This document shows, in pieces, positions 8,604-18,498 of a stretch of 21,427 bases of DNA (position 1 is its first letter; the number at the start of each line of letters is the position of its first letter). Position numbers and translations under genes: made by a program. Under the pieces are notes generated by a model that was not told the origin of the DNA, ran no database searches, and saw nothing but the letters and a program-made list of their open reading frames with translations. The DNA is from Pseudomonadota bacterium (GTDB lineage: Bacteria; Bdellovibrionota; Bdellovibrionia; Bdellovibrionales; SG-bin7): the NCBI GenBank assembly GCA_034439715.1, contig JAWXAY010000062.1, positions 1-21,427 on the forward strand, in the 5' to 3' direction.

Positions 8604-9258
8604 GTGGCGCCTCTCTTTGTTGTTTATCTTGTTTTTCTTGCCGAGCTCGAATGCTTTGTTCCTGATTTTTTAATTCTTGTAATACACGCTTAACATCTTC
8701 TTCTGTCATTTCCTTGCTGTCAAATGGCTTTGGCTTTTCTTTCGGCTCATTGGTTCTTGGCGCGTTGGGGTCTTTCTCTTCGTCTTCATTTTCTGAGTCA
8801 CTCTTATCATCTTTTTTATCTCCCTTACCCTTTCCTTGCTTTTGTTGAGTGAGCAGTTCAATATTTTGCTTGGTCTCTTGAGACTCCGGCTTTTCTTCAA
8901 GTGCCGCCTGATAATAACTGAGAGCCAAATCAATATTAGCATCTCCAACAACTTGGCCCGCATTAAAATTGGCATAAAACCTTGTGTCAGAATCCGTGGC
9001 ATACCTAATGGCCTGCAAGTATTCTTTGAGAGCCTTGTCTGGCTCTTTGTTCATCTCGAAAGCTAATCCCAAATTTAGATGGATGCCGGCGCTAAAAGGT
9101 TCGTCTTCAAGTGCTTTCAAAAATTCGTTCTGAGCCGAATAAGCTTGGCCCTCTTTTAAAAAAACAACACCTTTACGGTTATGATTCACCGATGACAAAT
9201 CTTGTGCGGGCACTTGTTCCCCAATAAAAAAACTCATTAATAATAATATGGTAGTCAT
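8587..9258 (-). CDS. batC: BatC-like TPR protein with a charged low-complexity linker
   Basis: Signal peptide, TPR repeats (HLNLGLAF...ALKEYLQA; ALSYYQAALEEKP), tail ending DKDW. ATG at 9258 overlaps the batB stop (ATGA). Confidence 0.8.
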   Translation of the reverse strand: MTTILLLMSFFIGEQVPAQDLSSVNHNRKGVVFLKEGQAYSAQNEFLKALEDEPFSAGIHLNLGLAFEMNKEPDKALKEYLQAIRYATDSDTRFYANFNAGQVVGDANIDLALSYYQAALEEKPESQETKQNIELLTQQKQGKGKGDKKDDKSDSENEDEEKDPNAPRTNEPKEKPKPFDSKEMTEEDVKRVLQELKNQEQSIRARQEKQDKQQREAPLDKDW

Positions 9259-10316
9259 GCCTCTACTCCACCAAAGCGGCCCCGCCACAGAACGAGCCCC
9301 GTTTTTCGCTCGCCGAGAAAGAGTTCAATTAATGCCAAAAATATTGCAAGCCCTAAAAACCACTGATACTTTTCGTCGTATTCAGTTTGCATTAAACTGT
9401 CAAACTGGGATTTCTGTAAGTTTGAAATCTCGATGGCTAAAGACTTCATAGCGTCTTCAGATAAATTAACCTGGCGAAAAGTGCCTCTGCCCATTTCAGC
9501 CAGTTTTTTGAGTGCCTCTCCGTTCACTTTAGAGATAATCTGGCTGCCCACCTTATTTTTTTTATAGAGGTTTAGAGCTCCTGATTCTTCAGAGATGGGA
9601 ATGGGCGCACCTTCCGGCGTGCCAAAAGCGAGCGTGAATATCCGTACCCCTTTTTTTACAAGTTCGTCTGCTATGGCTAAGGCTCCCGGTTCGTTATCTT
9701 CTCCATCAGAAGCAATAACAATAACGCGTGTGGCATTAACTTCTTCATCTTCAGGATGAGACCGCTTAAAGGCTTCCCAACTTTCTCGCAAACCCCTCTC
9801 AAAATTCGTACCCTGATTTGTGACCGAGTCAGTACTTACATACTCTAAAATAAGTTTGATTGAGGATTTGTCCGGCGTCATCGGCGTTAAAAGAATTGAG
9901 GAACCCGCAAAGGCCACCAAGCCCACTTTGTCTCCGCCCAAGAGGTCCAGCAGACGCATAAGTTCTTTTTTTGCAAATTCAAGCCTTGATGGGCGTACGT
10001 CTTGAGCCAACATACTGTTGGAAATATCCAACATAAAAATGAGCTCCACTCCTTCGCTTTTAACTTCTTTGGTTCCGACACCCATTTGAGGCCGAGCTAG
10101 CGCTAAAATCATGAGCGTAAAAACCAAAAGCTGCAGAAAAACCTTAAACTTCTTTTTTGCTGAACTTTGTGAACCTAACAAAAAGGGTACGACCCGAGCG
10201 GACAAACTCTTAATTAGGTTTCGCTTAAGCCGAATATCTGTCATCCAAATCAGAAAGACCACAAGCGGCAAAAACCAAAACCAACTCAATGCTAAAGAGT
10301 TTTCAAAACGAAACAT
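9255..10316 (-). CDS. batB: BatB-like membrane VWA protein
   Basis: N-terminal BatA-type TM segments, ALARPQ, MIDAS DISNS/GTN/SDGE, C-terminal TM helix. Confidence 0.88.
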   Translation of the reverse strand: MFRFENSLALSWFWFLPLVVFLIWMTDIRLKRNLIKSLSARVVPFLLGSQSSAKKKFKVFLQLLVFTLMILALARPQMGVGTKEVKSEGVELIFMLDISNSMLAQDVRPSRLEFAKKELMRLLDLLGGDKVGLVAFAGSSILLTPMTPDKSSIKLILEYVSTDSVTNQGTNFERGLRESWEAFKRSHPEDEEVNATRVIVIASDGEDNEPGALAIADELVKKGVRIFTLAFGTPEGAPIPISEESGALNLYKKNKVGSQIISKVNGEALKKLAEMGRGTFRQVNLSEDAMKSLAIEISNLQKSQFDSLMQTEYDEKYQWFLGLAIFLALIELFLGERKTGLVLWRGRFGGVEA

Positions 10317-11324
10317 TTATACACTCCGCCTAAACACAGTAAATCCCATCGTCATAGCGAATAAATAAAGCAGTATTGCCCACCATAAGTAACCCGGAAA
10401 AAGTTCGGCATATTTTGTATACCTACTCACTTCGATCTTTGTTTTTTCAAGTTTGTTGATTTCACCAAAAACGCCCTCTAAGGCTTTGGTGGTTATAGCA
10501 CGAAAATATTTGCCGCCAGTTTCCTCTGCCAACTGGGTCAAAAGTTTGTCATTTACCGTGCTGTGAATTGGCTGGTAACGCTTTTGTTCACGCCCATCAG
10601 GACCTTTGGTTATTATTGGCAGCTGGGCGTCTCCATCCTTGCCCATTCCAATTGTGTAAACTCGAATACCAAAACCTTTGGCAATTTGCATTGCCGTCAG
10701 GGGATCTATAGTGCCGCTATTATTCTCGCCGTCAGTCATCAGAATCACTATTCTGGTTTTGGCGGTGGAATCCTTAAGGCGGGCGACCGCGTTGGCGAGT
10801 GCCACTCCAATCGCAGTTCCCATTTTTATATTTCGAGACGGTTTGATCTGTTCAACACTTTCTCGTAAGATTTTATAATCGAGAGTCAGAGGCACTCGAC
10901 TATAGGATTCGCCGGAAAACACCACTATGCCAATTCTGTCGCTAACTCGTTGTTTGATAAAATCCAGAATTTTTTTCTTAGAAGATTCCATTCGGTTAAT
11001 TGGCTGCATGTCCTCGATAAGCATGCTATCCGAGATGTCGAGCGCTATCATAATATCTACACCTTCAACATCTCGTCTAATTTTTTCGTTGGCCGACTGA
11101 GGGCGGGCCAATGCCAATATAGCCACAAAAAGTGCCACGATTTTAATAAAACCAGGAAAATTAAAAAACTGCGCACGCCAAGAAGGGGCCAAGCCGCTGA
11201 GGTTTTTCATACTGCTAAACTGCAATGTCGCTATTTTATTTTTAGAGGACGTCAAATAATAAAAGGCCATAAGACCAAGTGGAATCAAAAATAGCCAAGC
11301 CCAATGCGATGCCCAAACTTTCAC
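10317..11324 (-). CDS. batA: BatA-like membrane VWA protein
   Basis: ALARPQ, MIDAS DISDS/GTAIG/TDGE, VPLTLDY, TGGKYFRA. GTG start overlaps the upstream stop. Confidence 0.9.
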   Translation of the reverse strand: MKVWASHWAWLFLIPLGLMAFYYLTSSKNKIATLQFSSMKNLSGLAPSWRAQFFNFPGFIKIVALFVAILALARPQSANEKIRRDVEGVDIMIALDISDSMLIEDMQPINRMESSKKKILDFIKQRVSDRIGIVVFSGESYSRVPLTLDYKILRESVEQIKPSRNIKMGTAIGVALANAVARLKDSTAKTRIVILMTDGENNSGTIDPLTAMQIAKGFGIRVYTIGMGKDGDAQLPIITKGPDGREQKRYQPIHSTVNDKLLTQLAEETGGKYFRAITTKALEGVFGEINKLEKTKIEVSRYTKYAELFPGYLWWAILLYLFAMTMGFTVFRRSV

Positions 11325-12148
11325 TTGGAACTCCTTAAAGCCTCGTTCACTACGTCGACGATTTTTTGACAGTGGTGAGTAATCTGCTCGGTATCCTTAG
11401 ATGCAAAGTTTTGTTGGGATTCTCCGGCACGACGTATTTCGCGAAACACTTGTAAAAATTCGTCTCTCAGGCCTTTGTCCATTTGGACATTCCTTTTCTC
11501 CAGGTGCTTCAATATCCATTTAGGCTCTTCTTCAAGAGTGGGAACCTCTAATTCTCGCAAAAAATAAAGCCGAAATGACTCTTCTAACTTTTTGAGCCGC
11601 AGTCGCTCGTCTTCATCAGCTCTTAATATTTTACGCGTGTCTTTGTAGAACTGATGGTAAGGCAAAAGGGCAGTCGAATGCTGATTGACGATTCTGGCCC
11701 ACTCGAGTTTTCGTTTTTTTAAATAATAGAGCCTTCCCAATAAGCTCGACACAGCTAAAAACACTAAGGCCAAAGCAAGCCATAGCCACATTGGCCAGCT
11801 CATTAAAAAAGGCCCAAAGGGACCAAAAGGCTCTGGCTTACCTTTTATCACCGAATCAACTTTAATTGTCCAGGCACCCAGCACTACCGAGTTTTCGCTT
11901 TTGTCTTTGAGGATTATTTTTTCTAAGGTGATGTCACCCGCCTGGTAGCTGACGCCAATAAATTTAACATTTGTATTTGTGACATCTTCAAATTTCAGTA
12001 TCTTTAATTGGTATTTCTGTGATTCTGGGATTGAAACGCTCAGTTCTTTTTCGGCCCACTGAACGCTATCTCCACTGCACTCCACAATATATTTTTGTCC
12101 AACAGTTAGCCCCTCGATCGGCTCCGCTTTGCACGTCCAAGCTGTCAT
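11321..12148 (-). CDS. Single-TM membrane protein typical of the slot between DUF58 and batA
   Basis: Beta-rich N-terminus, central TM helix WLWLALALVFLAVSSLLG, helical C-terminus; overlaps both neighbours by 4 nt. Confidence 0.75.
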   Translation of the reverse strand: MTAWTCKAEPIEGLTVGQKYIVECSGDSVQWAEKELSVSIPESQKYQLKILKFEDVTNTNVKFIGVSYQAGDITLEKIILKDKSENSVVLGAWTIKVDSVIKGKPEPFGPFGPFLMSWPMWLWLALALVFLAVSSLLGRLYYLKKRKLEWARIVNQHSTALLPYHQFYKDTRKILRADEDERLRLKKLEESFRLYFLRELEVPTLEEEPKWILKHLEKRNVQMDKGLRDEFLQVFREIRRAGESQQNFASKDTEQITHHCQKIVDVVNEALRSSK

Positions 12149-13017
12149 CGGGTTCTCCTCTTAAAAAACTGTATAAGAGGGGTCACAAAATCGTCTGGCC
12201 TTGAAATATCAATTCGTTCGACTCGGGCTTTCAGTAACATTTCGTCTCTTTTTTTTCGTCGATCAAGTGCCGCTAGTTTATAATTTTCTCTAAAACGTTG
12301 ATCTGCGGTATCAATAACTGCCACTTCCCCAGTCTCGGCATCTTGAACGCCCATAAGCCCTATGTTTGGCAACTCTACTTCGGCAGGATCTTGAATTACG
12401 ACGGCAATAATTTCGTGCTTTTTACTTAAATATCTCAAAACCAGATCGTAGTTTTCGTCCAAAAAATCGCTGCACAAAAAAATCGTGGAGCGTTTTTTTA
12501 ACACTCCCCTCATGTAATCAAGAGCTTCGCTGATATTGGTGCCTTGGTTTTGGGGCTTAAAGTAGTAAAGATCTCTTAAAATTCTTTGAATCTGACCCGG
12601 ACCTCTTTTGGCAGGCACCCAGTGCTCCACTTGATTTGAAAAAAGTAAAAGGCCTACTCGATCGTTGTTTTTTAAAGCGCTGTATCCCAAAAGAGCCGCT
12701 ACATGATTGATGACCTCACCCTTAAAAAGACTGCCAGTGCCAAAATCAGAGGAACCACTGATATCGACTGCTAAAATCAGAGTTAACTCCCGTTCTTCGT
12801 CGTATTTTTTTATATAGGGTTTGCCAGCTTTTGCGGTGAGGTTCCAAGAAATGGAGCGAATCTCGTCGCCCGGAATATATTCTCGAAAATCAGAGAAAGT
12901 AATACCTTGCCCTTTAAAGGCGGTATGGTATTCCCCCGCAAAAAGGTTCTTAACCAATTTTCGAGTGCTAATTTCAAGAAGTTTTACTTTTTTTAAAATT
13001 TCGGGAGGCAAAGACAC
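12145..13017 (-). CDS. DUF58 family protein (MoxR-associated, VWA-like)
   Basis: FSDFREYIPGDEIRSISWNLTAK, EERE, VDISGS, NDRVGL, SDF. GTG at 13017 with GGAGG SD just after the moxR stop. Confidence 0.93.
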   Translation of the reverse strand: MSLPPEILKKVKLLEISTRKLVKNLFAGEYHTAFKGQGITFSDFREYIPGDEIRSISWNLTAKAGKPYIKKYDEERELTLILAVDISGSSDFGTGSLFKGEVINHVAALLGYSALKNNDRVGLLLFSNQVEHWVPAKRGPGQIQRILRDLYYFKPQNQGTNISEALDYMRGVLKKRSTIFLCSDFLDENYDLVLRYLSKKHEIIAVVIQDPAEVELPNIGLMGVQDAETGEVAVIDTADQRFRENYKLAALDRRKKRDEMLLKARVERIDISRPDDFVTPLIQFFKRRTR

Positions 13018-13018
13018 A

Positions 13019-14032
13019 TTAAGATACCTCCAAGTGCCCCAATATTTCTTTAATAACTTGATCGGCTGAAATTTCCTCAGCTTCGGCTTCATAAGATAAG
13101 ATCAAACGGTGTCTCATAATGTTGTAGGCCACAGCTTTTATATCTTCCGCAGTTACATATCCGCGAGATTTCACAAAAGCATGGGCACGCGCAGCCCGAG
13201 CCAAGCTTATTGTGGCACGAGGACTGACACCAACTTTTAGAAGATTCTCAATTGAAGCCAAGCCATATTTTCGCGGCTCGCGCGTGGCGAGAACAATTTC
13301 GACAATGTAGTTTTTGAGTTTTTCTTCAAGATAGATTTCGTCAATACGTATTTTAGCCTTGAGAAGCTCTTCACGAGTAATTACGGGTTGAACCTGTGGT
13401 TTTTCGCTCTTGGACATGCGGTTTAAGATTTCTAACTCTTCAGCTTTTTCAGGATAATTCACAACAATTTTAAACAAAAAGCGATCCATTTGAGCTTCTG
13501 GTAGCGGATAAGTGCCTTCTTGCTCAAGGGGATTCTGAGTGGCTAAAACTAAAAATGGTGATGGCAGAATGTGAGTTTTGTCCCCGATAGTTACTTGCTT
13601 CTCCTCCATACACTCTAAGAGAGCACTTTGAACTTTTGCTGGCGCTCGATTAATCTCATCAGCTAAAACAATATTTGTAAAAATGGGCCCCAACTTGGGC
13701 ACAAACTCACCCGAGTTTTGCTGAAAAATCATTGTTCCTACTAAATCAGATGGCATTAAATCTGGTGTGAACTGCACGCGCTTAAACTCGAGTGAAATGG
13801 ACCTGGCAATAGTAGAAATTGCTAAAGTTTTAGCGAGGCCCGGCACACCCTCCAGCAGAACATGGCCACCCGTCAGTAGCCCCAAAAGAATTCCTTCTAT
13901 CATTTCTTTTTGCCCGACAATGACTTTTGAAATTTCATCCATCATCCGATGGACAAAGCGGCTTTCTTGTTTAATTTGGACGTTAAGCGCGACAATATCT
14001 ACCTGATCTATATGACCTGCGTTCACACTCAT
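13019..14032 (-). CDS. moxR: MoxR family AAA+ ATPase
   Basis: Walker A GVPGLAKT, RVQFTPDLMPSD, Walker B LADEINRAPAKVQSALLE, ATQNPLEQEGTYPLPEAQMDRF. Confidence 0.97.
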   Translation of the reverse strand: MSVNAGHIDQVDIVALNVQIKQESRFVHRMMDEISKVIVGQKEMIEGILLGLLTGGHVLLEGVPGLAKTLAISTIARSISLEFKRVQFTPDLMPSDLVGTMIFQQNSGEFVPKLGPIFTNIVLADEINRAPAKVQSALLECMEEKQVTIGDKTHILPSPFLVLATQNPLEQEGTYPLPEAQMDRFLFKIVVNYPEKAEELEILNRMSKSEKPQVQPVITREELLKAKIRIDEIYLEEKLKNYIVEIVLATREPRKYGLASIENLLKVGVSPRATISLARAARAHAFVKSRGYVTAEDIKAVAYNIMRHRLILSYEAEAEEISADQVIKEILGHLEVS

Positions 14033-14121
14033 ATGTGGCCTCCAAAAATGCTATGAAACATTTTTTCACTTTTCTGAGGTATTTTCATCAATTCAATTCC
14101 TATTGCTGCTATGCCCAAGGC

Positions 14122-14150
14122 TTGTCTTTCTAAAATCCAGTCAGTAAATT
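14122..14150 (+). promoter_or_regulatory. Putative sigma-70 promoter giving a leaderless transcript
   Basis: TTGTCT (14122-14127), 17 nt, TAAATT (14145-14150), 6 nt, ATG at 14157; no SD. Confidence 0.5.
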
Positions 14151-14156
14151 AAAAGA

Positions 14157-14972
14157 ATGCTCAAAAACTCTATTAAAGTATGGGTGATGTCTCTGTTGTT
14201 CACGGTGTTACTAGCCTATTTTGGACATTGGTTGTGGGGCAGACAAGGTACGCTATTAGGAATCGTCGTGTCCCTCGCAATGTGTTTCGTCATATTTTCC
14301 GCGGCCAATCAGTTGGCATCAAGTTTTTTTAGAGCCCGCAGGCTAGAGGGAAACGACGCCTGGAATCTTCAAGAAAAGTTAGAACATATTGGGCGCAGAG
14401 CTAAAATCGAACCCCCGAAAATCTACTTAATACCGACGTCTTATCCAGCGGCTTTTGTTTGCGGCATGAAAAGCGACAGTTACGCCCTCTACGTCACTGA
14501 AGGACTGCTAAAACGATTAACTCCGGATGAAATCGAAGCCGTACTGGCTCATCTCGTGGCTCGCTTAAAAAACAAAGATGTTCTTCCGGCAATGGTGGGT
14601 GCCGTATTAGCTGCTAGCCTCCTGAGCTTTACTGATCAGATGCCCACAGGAGCTCCGAACTTTTTCTCTCGCCTGTTCTTTTTTATTTTTGTGCCATTTG
14701 CCTGGATTGCCATCCACATCCATTCGAAACCCAGTCATATTTTCAAGGCTGATCTTTTGGCGAGCCAATGGATTTCTGATCCGATGGCACTAGCAAAGGC
14801 GCTTTGGAAGCTAGAGTGCTACGCACAAACTCTAGCCCCCGCCCTGCCTTATGCCTTAAGCCATTTGTTCGTAGTCAACCCATTGACCGGGAGACGGTTT
14901 GCCCGGTATTTTTCTGTACATCCACCGGTTTCTCAAAGAATTAAAAAACTTGTAGGCGCCTTTCCAATCTAG
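14157..14972 (+). CDS. HtpX/M48-like membrane protein with a degenerate zinc site
   Basis: HtpX architecture (two N-terminal TMs, PKIYLI...PAAF, VTEGLL..L...EIEAVLAH, LAKALWKLE, HLFVVNPL, FSVHPPVSQRI), but HExxH reads HLVAR. Confidence 0.85.
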   Translation: MLKNSIKVWVMSLLFTVLLAYFGHWLWGRQGTLLGIVVSLAMCFVIFSAANQLASSFFRARRLEGNDAWNLQEKLEHIGRRAKIEPPKIYLIPTSYPAAFVCGMKSDSYALYVTEGLLKRLTPDEIEAVLAHLVARLKNKDVLPAMVGAVLAASLLSFTDQMPTGAPNFFSRLFFFIFVPFAWIAIHIHSKPSHIFKADLLASQWISDPMALAKALWKLECYAQTLAPALPYALSHLFVVNPLTGRRFARYFSVHPPVSQRIKKLVGAFPI

Positions 14973-14982
14973 GAGATTCCTT

Positions 14983-15231
14983 ATGAACGAAGAAATTCAG
15001 GCCTCATTCTCAACTCTCATTTTATCAATTGGCTCTTCGGCAGCGATGGCCTTAGGTTTGGCTCCCAATCCATCCACCGGCAAGATCGAAAAAGACAAGG
15101 GCATGGCAAAATTTAATATAGATCTCTTAATTGTGCTTCAAGAAAAAACGAAGAATAATCTCTCAGAAGAAGAGAAAAACTTTATGAGTTCATTGCTTAG
15201 CGATCTTCAGATGAAATTCTTAAAAGATTAA
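14983..15231 (+). CDS. DUF1844 family small protein
   Basis: FSTLILS...AAMALG..PNP.TG...AKFNIDLL..LQEKTKNNLSEEE...L.DLQMKF pattern; AGGAG SD. Confidence 0.85.
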   Translation: MNEEIQASFSTLILSIGSSAAMALGLAPNPSTGKIEKDKGMAKFNIDLLIVLQEKTKNNLSEEEKNFMSSLLSDLQMKFLKD

Positions 15232-15788
15232 AACATATACATAATTGCAAGACCGATATGCTCTGAAAAACCAGCGAGCACCATTCCGCTGTCTTTAGGT
15301 GCGTTGTTAGCGGCTTGTTCATCACTCTTAATTAATAAGCCGCCATCAATATGCACTAGCACATGCTTTTTAATTGAAAAATGAATTCCGGCATCGCCAA
15401 TAATATGCATGTAGGATTTATCCTTCGACCACGTTCCTAAACCCAGTCCACCGCCGACATGAAACCCAGAACTTTGATTTCCGCTGATAGTGTACTTGTA
15501 AATAGCTCCAATACCATAGGTGTTGGGATCAGAGTCGTAGAGCGCAAAGTAGGCCTGAATTGCGCCATTATCACCAATGGGAAACAAACCCGTTAACCCG
15601 GGACTATCATAAAAAAGTGCCGCGGCATTTGACGAATACCCCAAAGCAAAGCCTGCATCATTGGAATCAGAATCTGAGTCAGTACTTGAGGAGGTTGTTT
15701 TTGTACCATAGGAATAACGGTTCTGCGCCATGACATTAGCGGAAACCAAACAAATCATAGCAATCATAAAATACTGTCGTGCAATCAT
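15228..15788 (-). CDS. Exported small outer-membrane beta-barrel-like protein
   Basis: Signal peptide ending VMA, Ser/Asp linker, Gly/aromatic strands (FHVGGGLGLG), C-terminal YMF; AGGAG SD. Confidence 0.78.
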   Translation of the reverse strand: MIARQYFMIAMICLVSANVMAQNRYSYGTKTTSSSTDSDSDSNDAGFALGYSSNAAALFYDSPGLTGLFPIGDNGAIQAYFALYDSDPNTYGIGAIYKYTISGNQSSGFHVGGGLGLGTWSKDKSYMHIIGDAGIHFSIKKHVLVHIDGGLLIKSDEQAANNAPKDSGMVLAGFSEHIGLAIMYMF

Positions 15789-16019
15789 TAATATCTCCTT
15801 GAGTCAGTCAAATTGTTCATTGTTTAACGTATTTAAAGCAGAACTCAAGCACAAGGAAATCGTGACGTTGAAGCGGAGGACTAGACGTTGGGTGTAGTTC
15901 TGGCTATTGCGACTCAAATTGAACCATCTCGCTCACATGACTAAAGTCCTAACGTGGTTCGTCCGAAAAGATATATGGACACCCAGGCACTAGAGACGGA
16001 CAGCAGGAGGATTTTGGCC

Positions 16020-16304
16020 ATGAAAGTCACCGATGTAAAGATCGTACCTGTCGATGAAGATAGGTTAAAAGGTTATGTTACAGTCACTATTGATGATTGC
16101 TTCGTCATTAGAGATATTAAAATCATCCAAGGACACGATGGACTCTTTGTGGCCATGCCCAGTAAAAAGAAAAAAGACGGCACCTACCGTGATATTGCCC
16201 ACCCCGTAAATCAAGAGACCCGTCAGATATTTGAAAAGCAAATTTTTGACGCCTACGAAAAAATGGTTGCCGAACAATCACCACCACAAAATGAGACAGA
16301 ATAA
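16020..16304 (+). CDS. spoVG: SpoVG family nucleic-acid-binding regulator
   Basis: MKVTDVKI...IDDCFVIRDIKII.G..GLFVAMPSKK..DGTYRDIAHPVN. AGGAGG SD 9 nt before ATG at 16020. Confidence 0.96.
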   Translation: MKVTDVKIVPVDEDRLKGYVTVTIDDCFVIRDIKIIQGHDGLFVAMPSKKKKDGTYRDIAHPVNQETRQIFEKQIFDAYEKMVAEQSPPQNETE

Positions 16305-16330
16305 AGGCAGAATAAGTTTTTGCCTTTATT
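16300..16330 (+). terminator. Hairpin at the spoVG stop, possible terminator
   Basis: AATAAAGGCA (16300-16309) and TGCCTTTATT (16321-16330) form a perfect 10-bp inverted repeat with an 11-nt loop. Confidence 0.45.
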
Positions 16331-16357
16331 ATAAATCCCCCCTACCATGTCTTGCTG

Positions 16358-18457
16358 ATGACAGTAATTATTTTTTTACTTTTGACAGGACTAAACCTAA
16401 TGGCCGCAACTGTTCCGCGAACACCTCCCACGCCTCAAGCCGAAAAGATCCCGACCGTGTTAACCAAGTTTGGCGATAAACGCATCGACAATTATTACTG
16501 GCTACGCGAGCGAGAAAACCCCAAAGTCAAAAAATATCTCGAAGCTGAGAACTCCTACGTCGATTCAGAGTTAGGCCATACCAAAGACTTTCAATTAAAA
16601 CTTTTTCACGAGATGAAAACCCGAATTAAAGAAGACGACCAAACGGTCCCAATTAAAATCGATAACTATTACTACTATACCCGCGTTGAGACGGGCAAAG
16701 AATACACTATCTATTGTCGAAAGAAAAACTCACTCGATAGTCCCGAAGAAATCATTCTCGATGTCAATGAAAAAGCCAAAGGCCATGACTACTTTAGAGC
16801 CGTCGTAGAAATTAGTGACGATCACAGAATTCTGGCTTATGCCGCTGATACTGAGGGCCGTCGATTATATACAATTCGTTTTATTGATCTCGAGAAAAAA
16901 ACTGAGTTTTCGGACGTTATTAAAAACATCACTGAGAACTTTGAATGGGCCGCTGACAACCGTACGATTTTTTATACTTTAAAGGATGCCACGACCCTAC
17001 GAGCTCACAAACTTTTTCGTTATACGCTCGGCACACCTACTCCTGAATTTATTAAAGAAGAAAAGGACGACACTTTTAGACTGGGAATAAGCAAGAGCCG
17101 ATCATTAAAGTATCTTTTTATTATTTCAGAAAGTACTCTGTCTACAGAATACAGCTATATAGAGGCCGATCGCCCCAAAATGGATGCCATATTATTTCAA
17201 AAGCGGTCCAAAAAATTAGAGTATTCGATCGAAGATGGCGGAGATCGCTTTTATATTCTAACCAACTTTAAGGCCAAAAACTTTCGTGTAATGGAAGTCG
17301 CCAAAGATAAAACGGCCCTCAAAAACTGGCAAGAAGTGATTCCTCATCGTACTACTCATTACCTTGAAGACCTTGACATTTTTAAAAATCACTTTGTATT
17401 ACAAGAAAAAAACAAGGGTCGCACTTTATTTGAAGTCGTTAGTCGCGCCGACAACAAGAAGCACTTTGTGACGTTTAAAGATTCGTCCTACGAAGTATCT
17501 CCTGAAGAAAACCCCAATTATGACACCGCAAGATTTCGCTATGGGTATAGCTCCCTAAATACACCCACCTCTATTTTTGATCACGATCTTATTACAAAAA
17601 CCGATGCGCTTTTAAAGGTAAAAGAAATCCCGGGGGGATTTAATTCAGACGATTATGCGACCGAGTGGATTTGGGCCAAAGCTAAAGATGGCATTAAGGT
17701 TCCGATATCGGTGGTTTATAAAAAAACCACAAAACTAAATGGCAGCGCTCCCCTTTACATTGACGGCTACGGCTCTTACGGCCTTAACAACGACCCCTAC
17801 TTTCATTCTAGCTGGATTACTCTGTTGGAACGTGGCTTCGTCTGCGCTATTGCTCACATTCGCGGTGGCGCAGAAATGGGACGCGAGTGGTATGAAACCG
17901 GAAAGTTTTTGAAAAAGAAAAATACATTTAACGACTTTATTGCCGCCACAGAACACCTTATCAAAATTAAATATGCGCACCCAAAAAAAGTTTATGCTTA
18001 TGGAGCGAGCGCGGGTGGAATTCTTATGGGGTATATTTCGAATGCTAGGCCTGATCTATATAATGGTATTCTCGCGGGCGTGCCCTTTGTAGATGTTTTA
18101 ACGACAATGCTAGATGACTCTATTCCACTCACCACCAGCGAGTACGATGAGTGGGGCGATCCCAACAAAAAAGAGTATTACAAATACATGAAGTCTTACT
18201 CTCCCTACGACAACGTGAAAAAGCAGGATTATCCAAATATATTGGTGCAAACGGGGTTTCATGATTCTCAAGTGCAATATTGGGAGCCGGCTAAATGGAT
18301 TGCGAAGCTGCGCGAGTTAAAGACTGACAAGAACCGCCTGTTGTTTAAGACTCAACTGAATCAGGGACATTCAGGCGCTAGCGGACGTTTTGAGGCGCTA
18401 AAGGATAAGGCGTTAGAGTTTGCCTTTATCTTTGATCTTGAAGGCATACACCAATAA
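16358..18457 (+). CDS. ptrB: Oligopeptidase B (S9A), probably exported
   Basis: DNYYWLR, GYGSYG, HIRGGAEMGREWY, catalytic GASAGG / DSQV / GH, VPFVDV...LTTSEYDEWGDP. Hydrophobic N-terminus. Start is ATG 16358 or TTG 16352. Confidence 0.95.
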   Translation: MTVIIFLLLTGLNLMAATVPRTPPTPQAEKIPTVLTKFGDKRIDNYYWLRERENPKVKKYLEAENSYVDSELGHTKDFQLKLFHEMKTRIKEDDQTVPIKIDNYYYYTRVETGKEYTIYCRKKNSLDSPEEIILDVNEKAKGHDYFRAVVEISDDHRILAYAADTEGRRLYTIRFIDLEKKTEFSDVIKNITENFEWAADNRTIFYTLKDATTLRAHKLFRYTLGTPTPEFIKEEKDDTFRLGISKSRSLKYLFIISESTLSTEYSYIEADRPKMDAILFQKRSKKLEYSIEDGGDRFYILTNFKAKNFRVMEVAKDKTALKNWQEVIPHRTTHYLEDLDIFKNHFVLQEKNKGRTLFEVVSRADNKKHFVTFKDSSYEVSPEENPNYDTARFRYGYSSLNTPTSIFDHDLITKTDALLKVKEIPGGFNSDDYATEWIWAKAKDGIKVPISVVYKKTTKLNGSAPLYIDGYGSYGLNNDPYFHSSWITLLERGFVCAIAHIRGGAEMGREWYETGKFLKKKNTFNDFIAATEHLIKIKYAHPKKVYAYGASAGGILMGYISNARPDLYNGILAGVPFVDVLTTMLDDSIPLTTSEYDEWGDPNKKEYYKYMKSYSPYDNVKKQDYPNILVQTGFHDSQVQYWEPAKWIAKLRELKTDKNRLLFKTQLNQGHSGASGRFEALKDKALEFAFIFDLEGIHQ

Positions 18458-18498
18458 CTCGGCGCATAACCTTTGATCTAACCGTATTTGTTTGGGTT

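Noticed and set aside
13018..13092. DUF58 start at 13092 (likewise batC at 9288 and spoVG at 15954)
   Set aside because: These extensions overlap upstream genes or lack family-like sequence. Downstream starts (13017, 9258, 16020) have an SD or stop-start coupling.
6699..14032. MoxR-DUF58-Bat operon as a novel system
   Set aside because: A well-known widespread cluster; only the appended DUF455/ATP-grasp gene is flagged.
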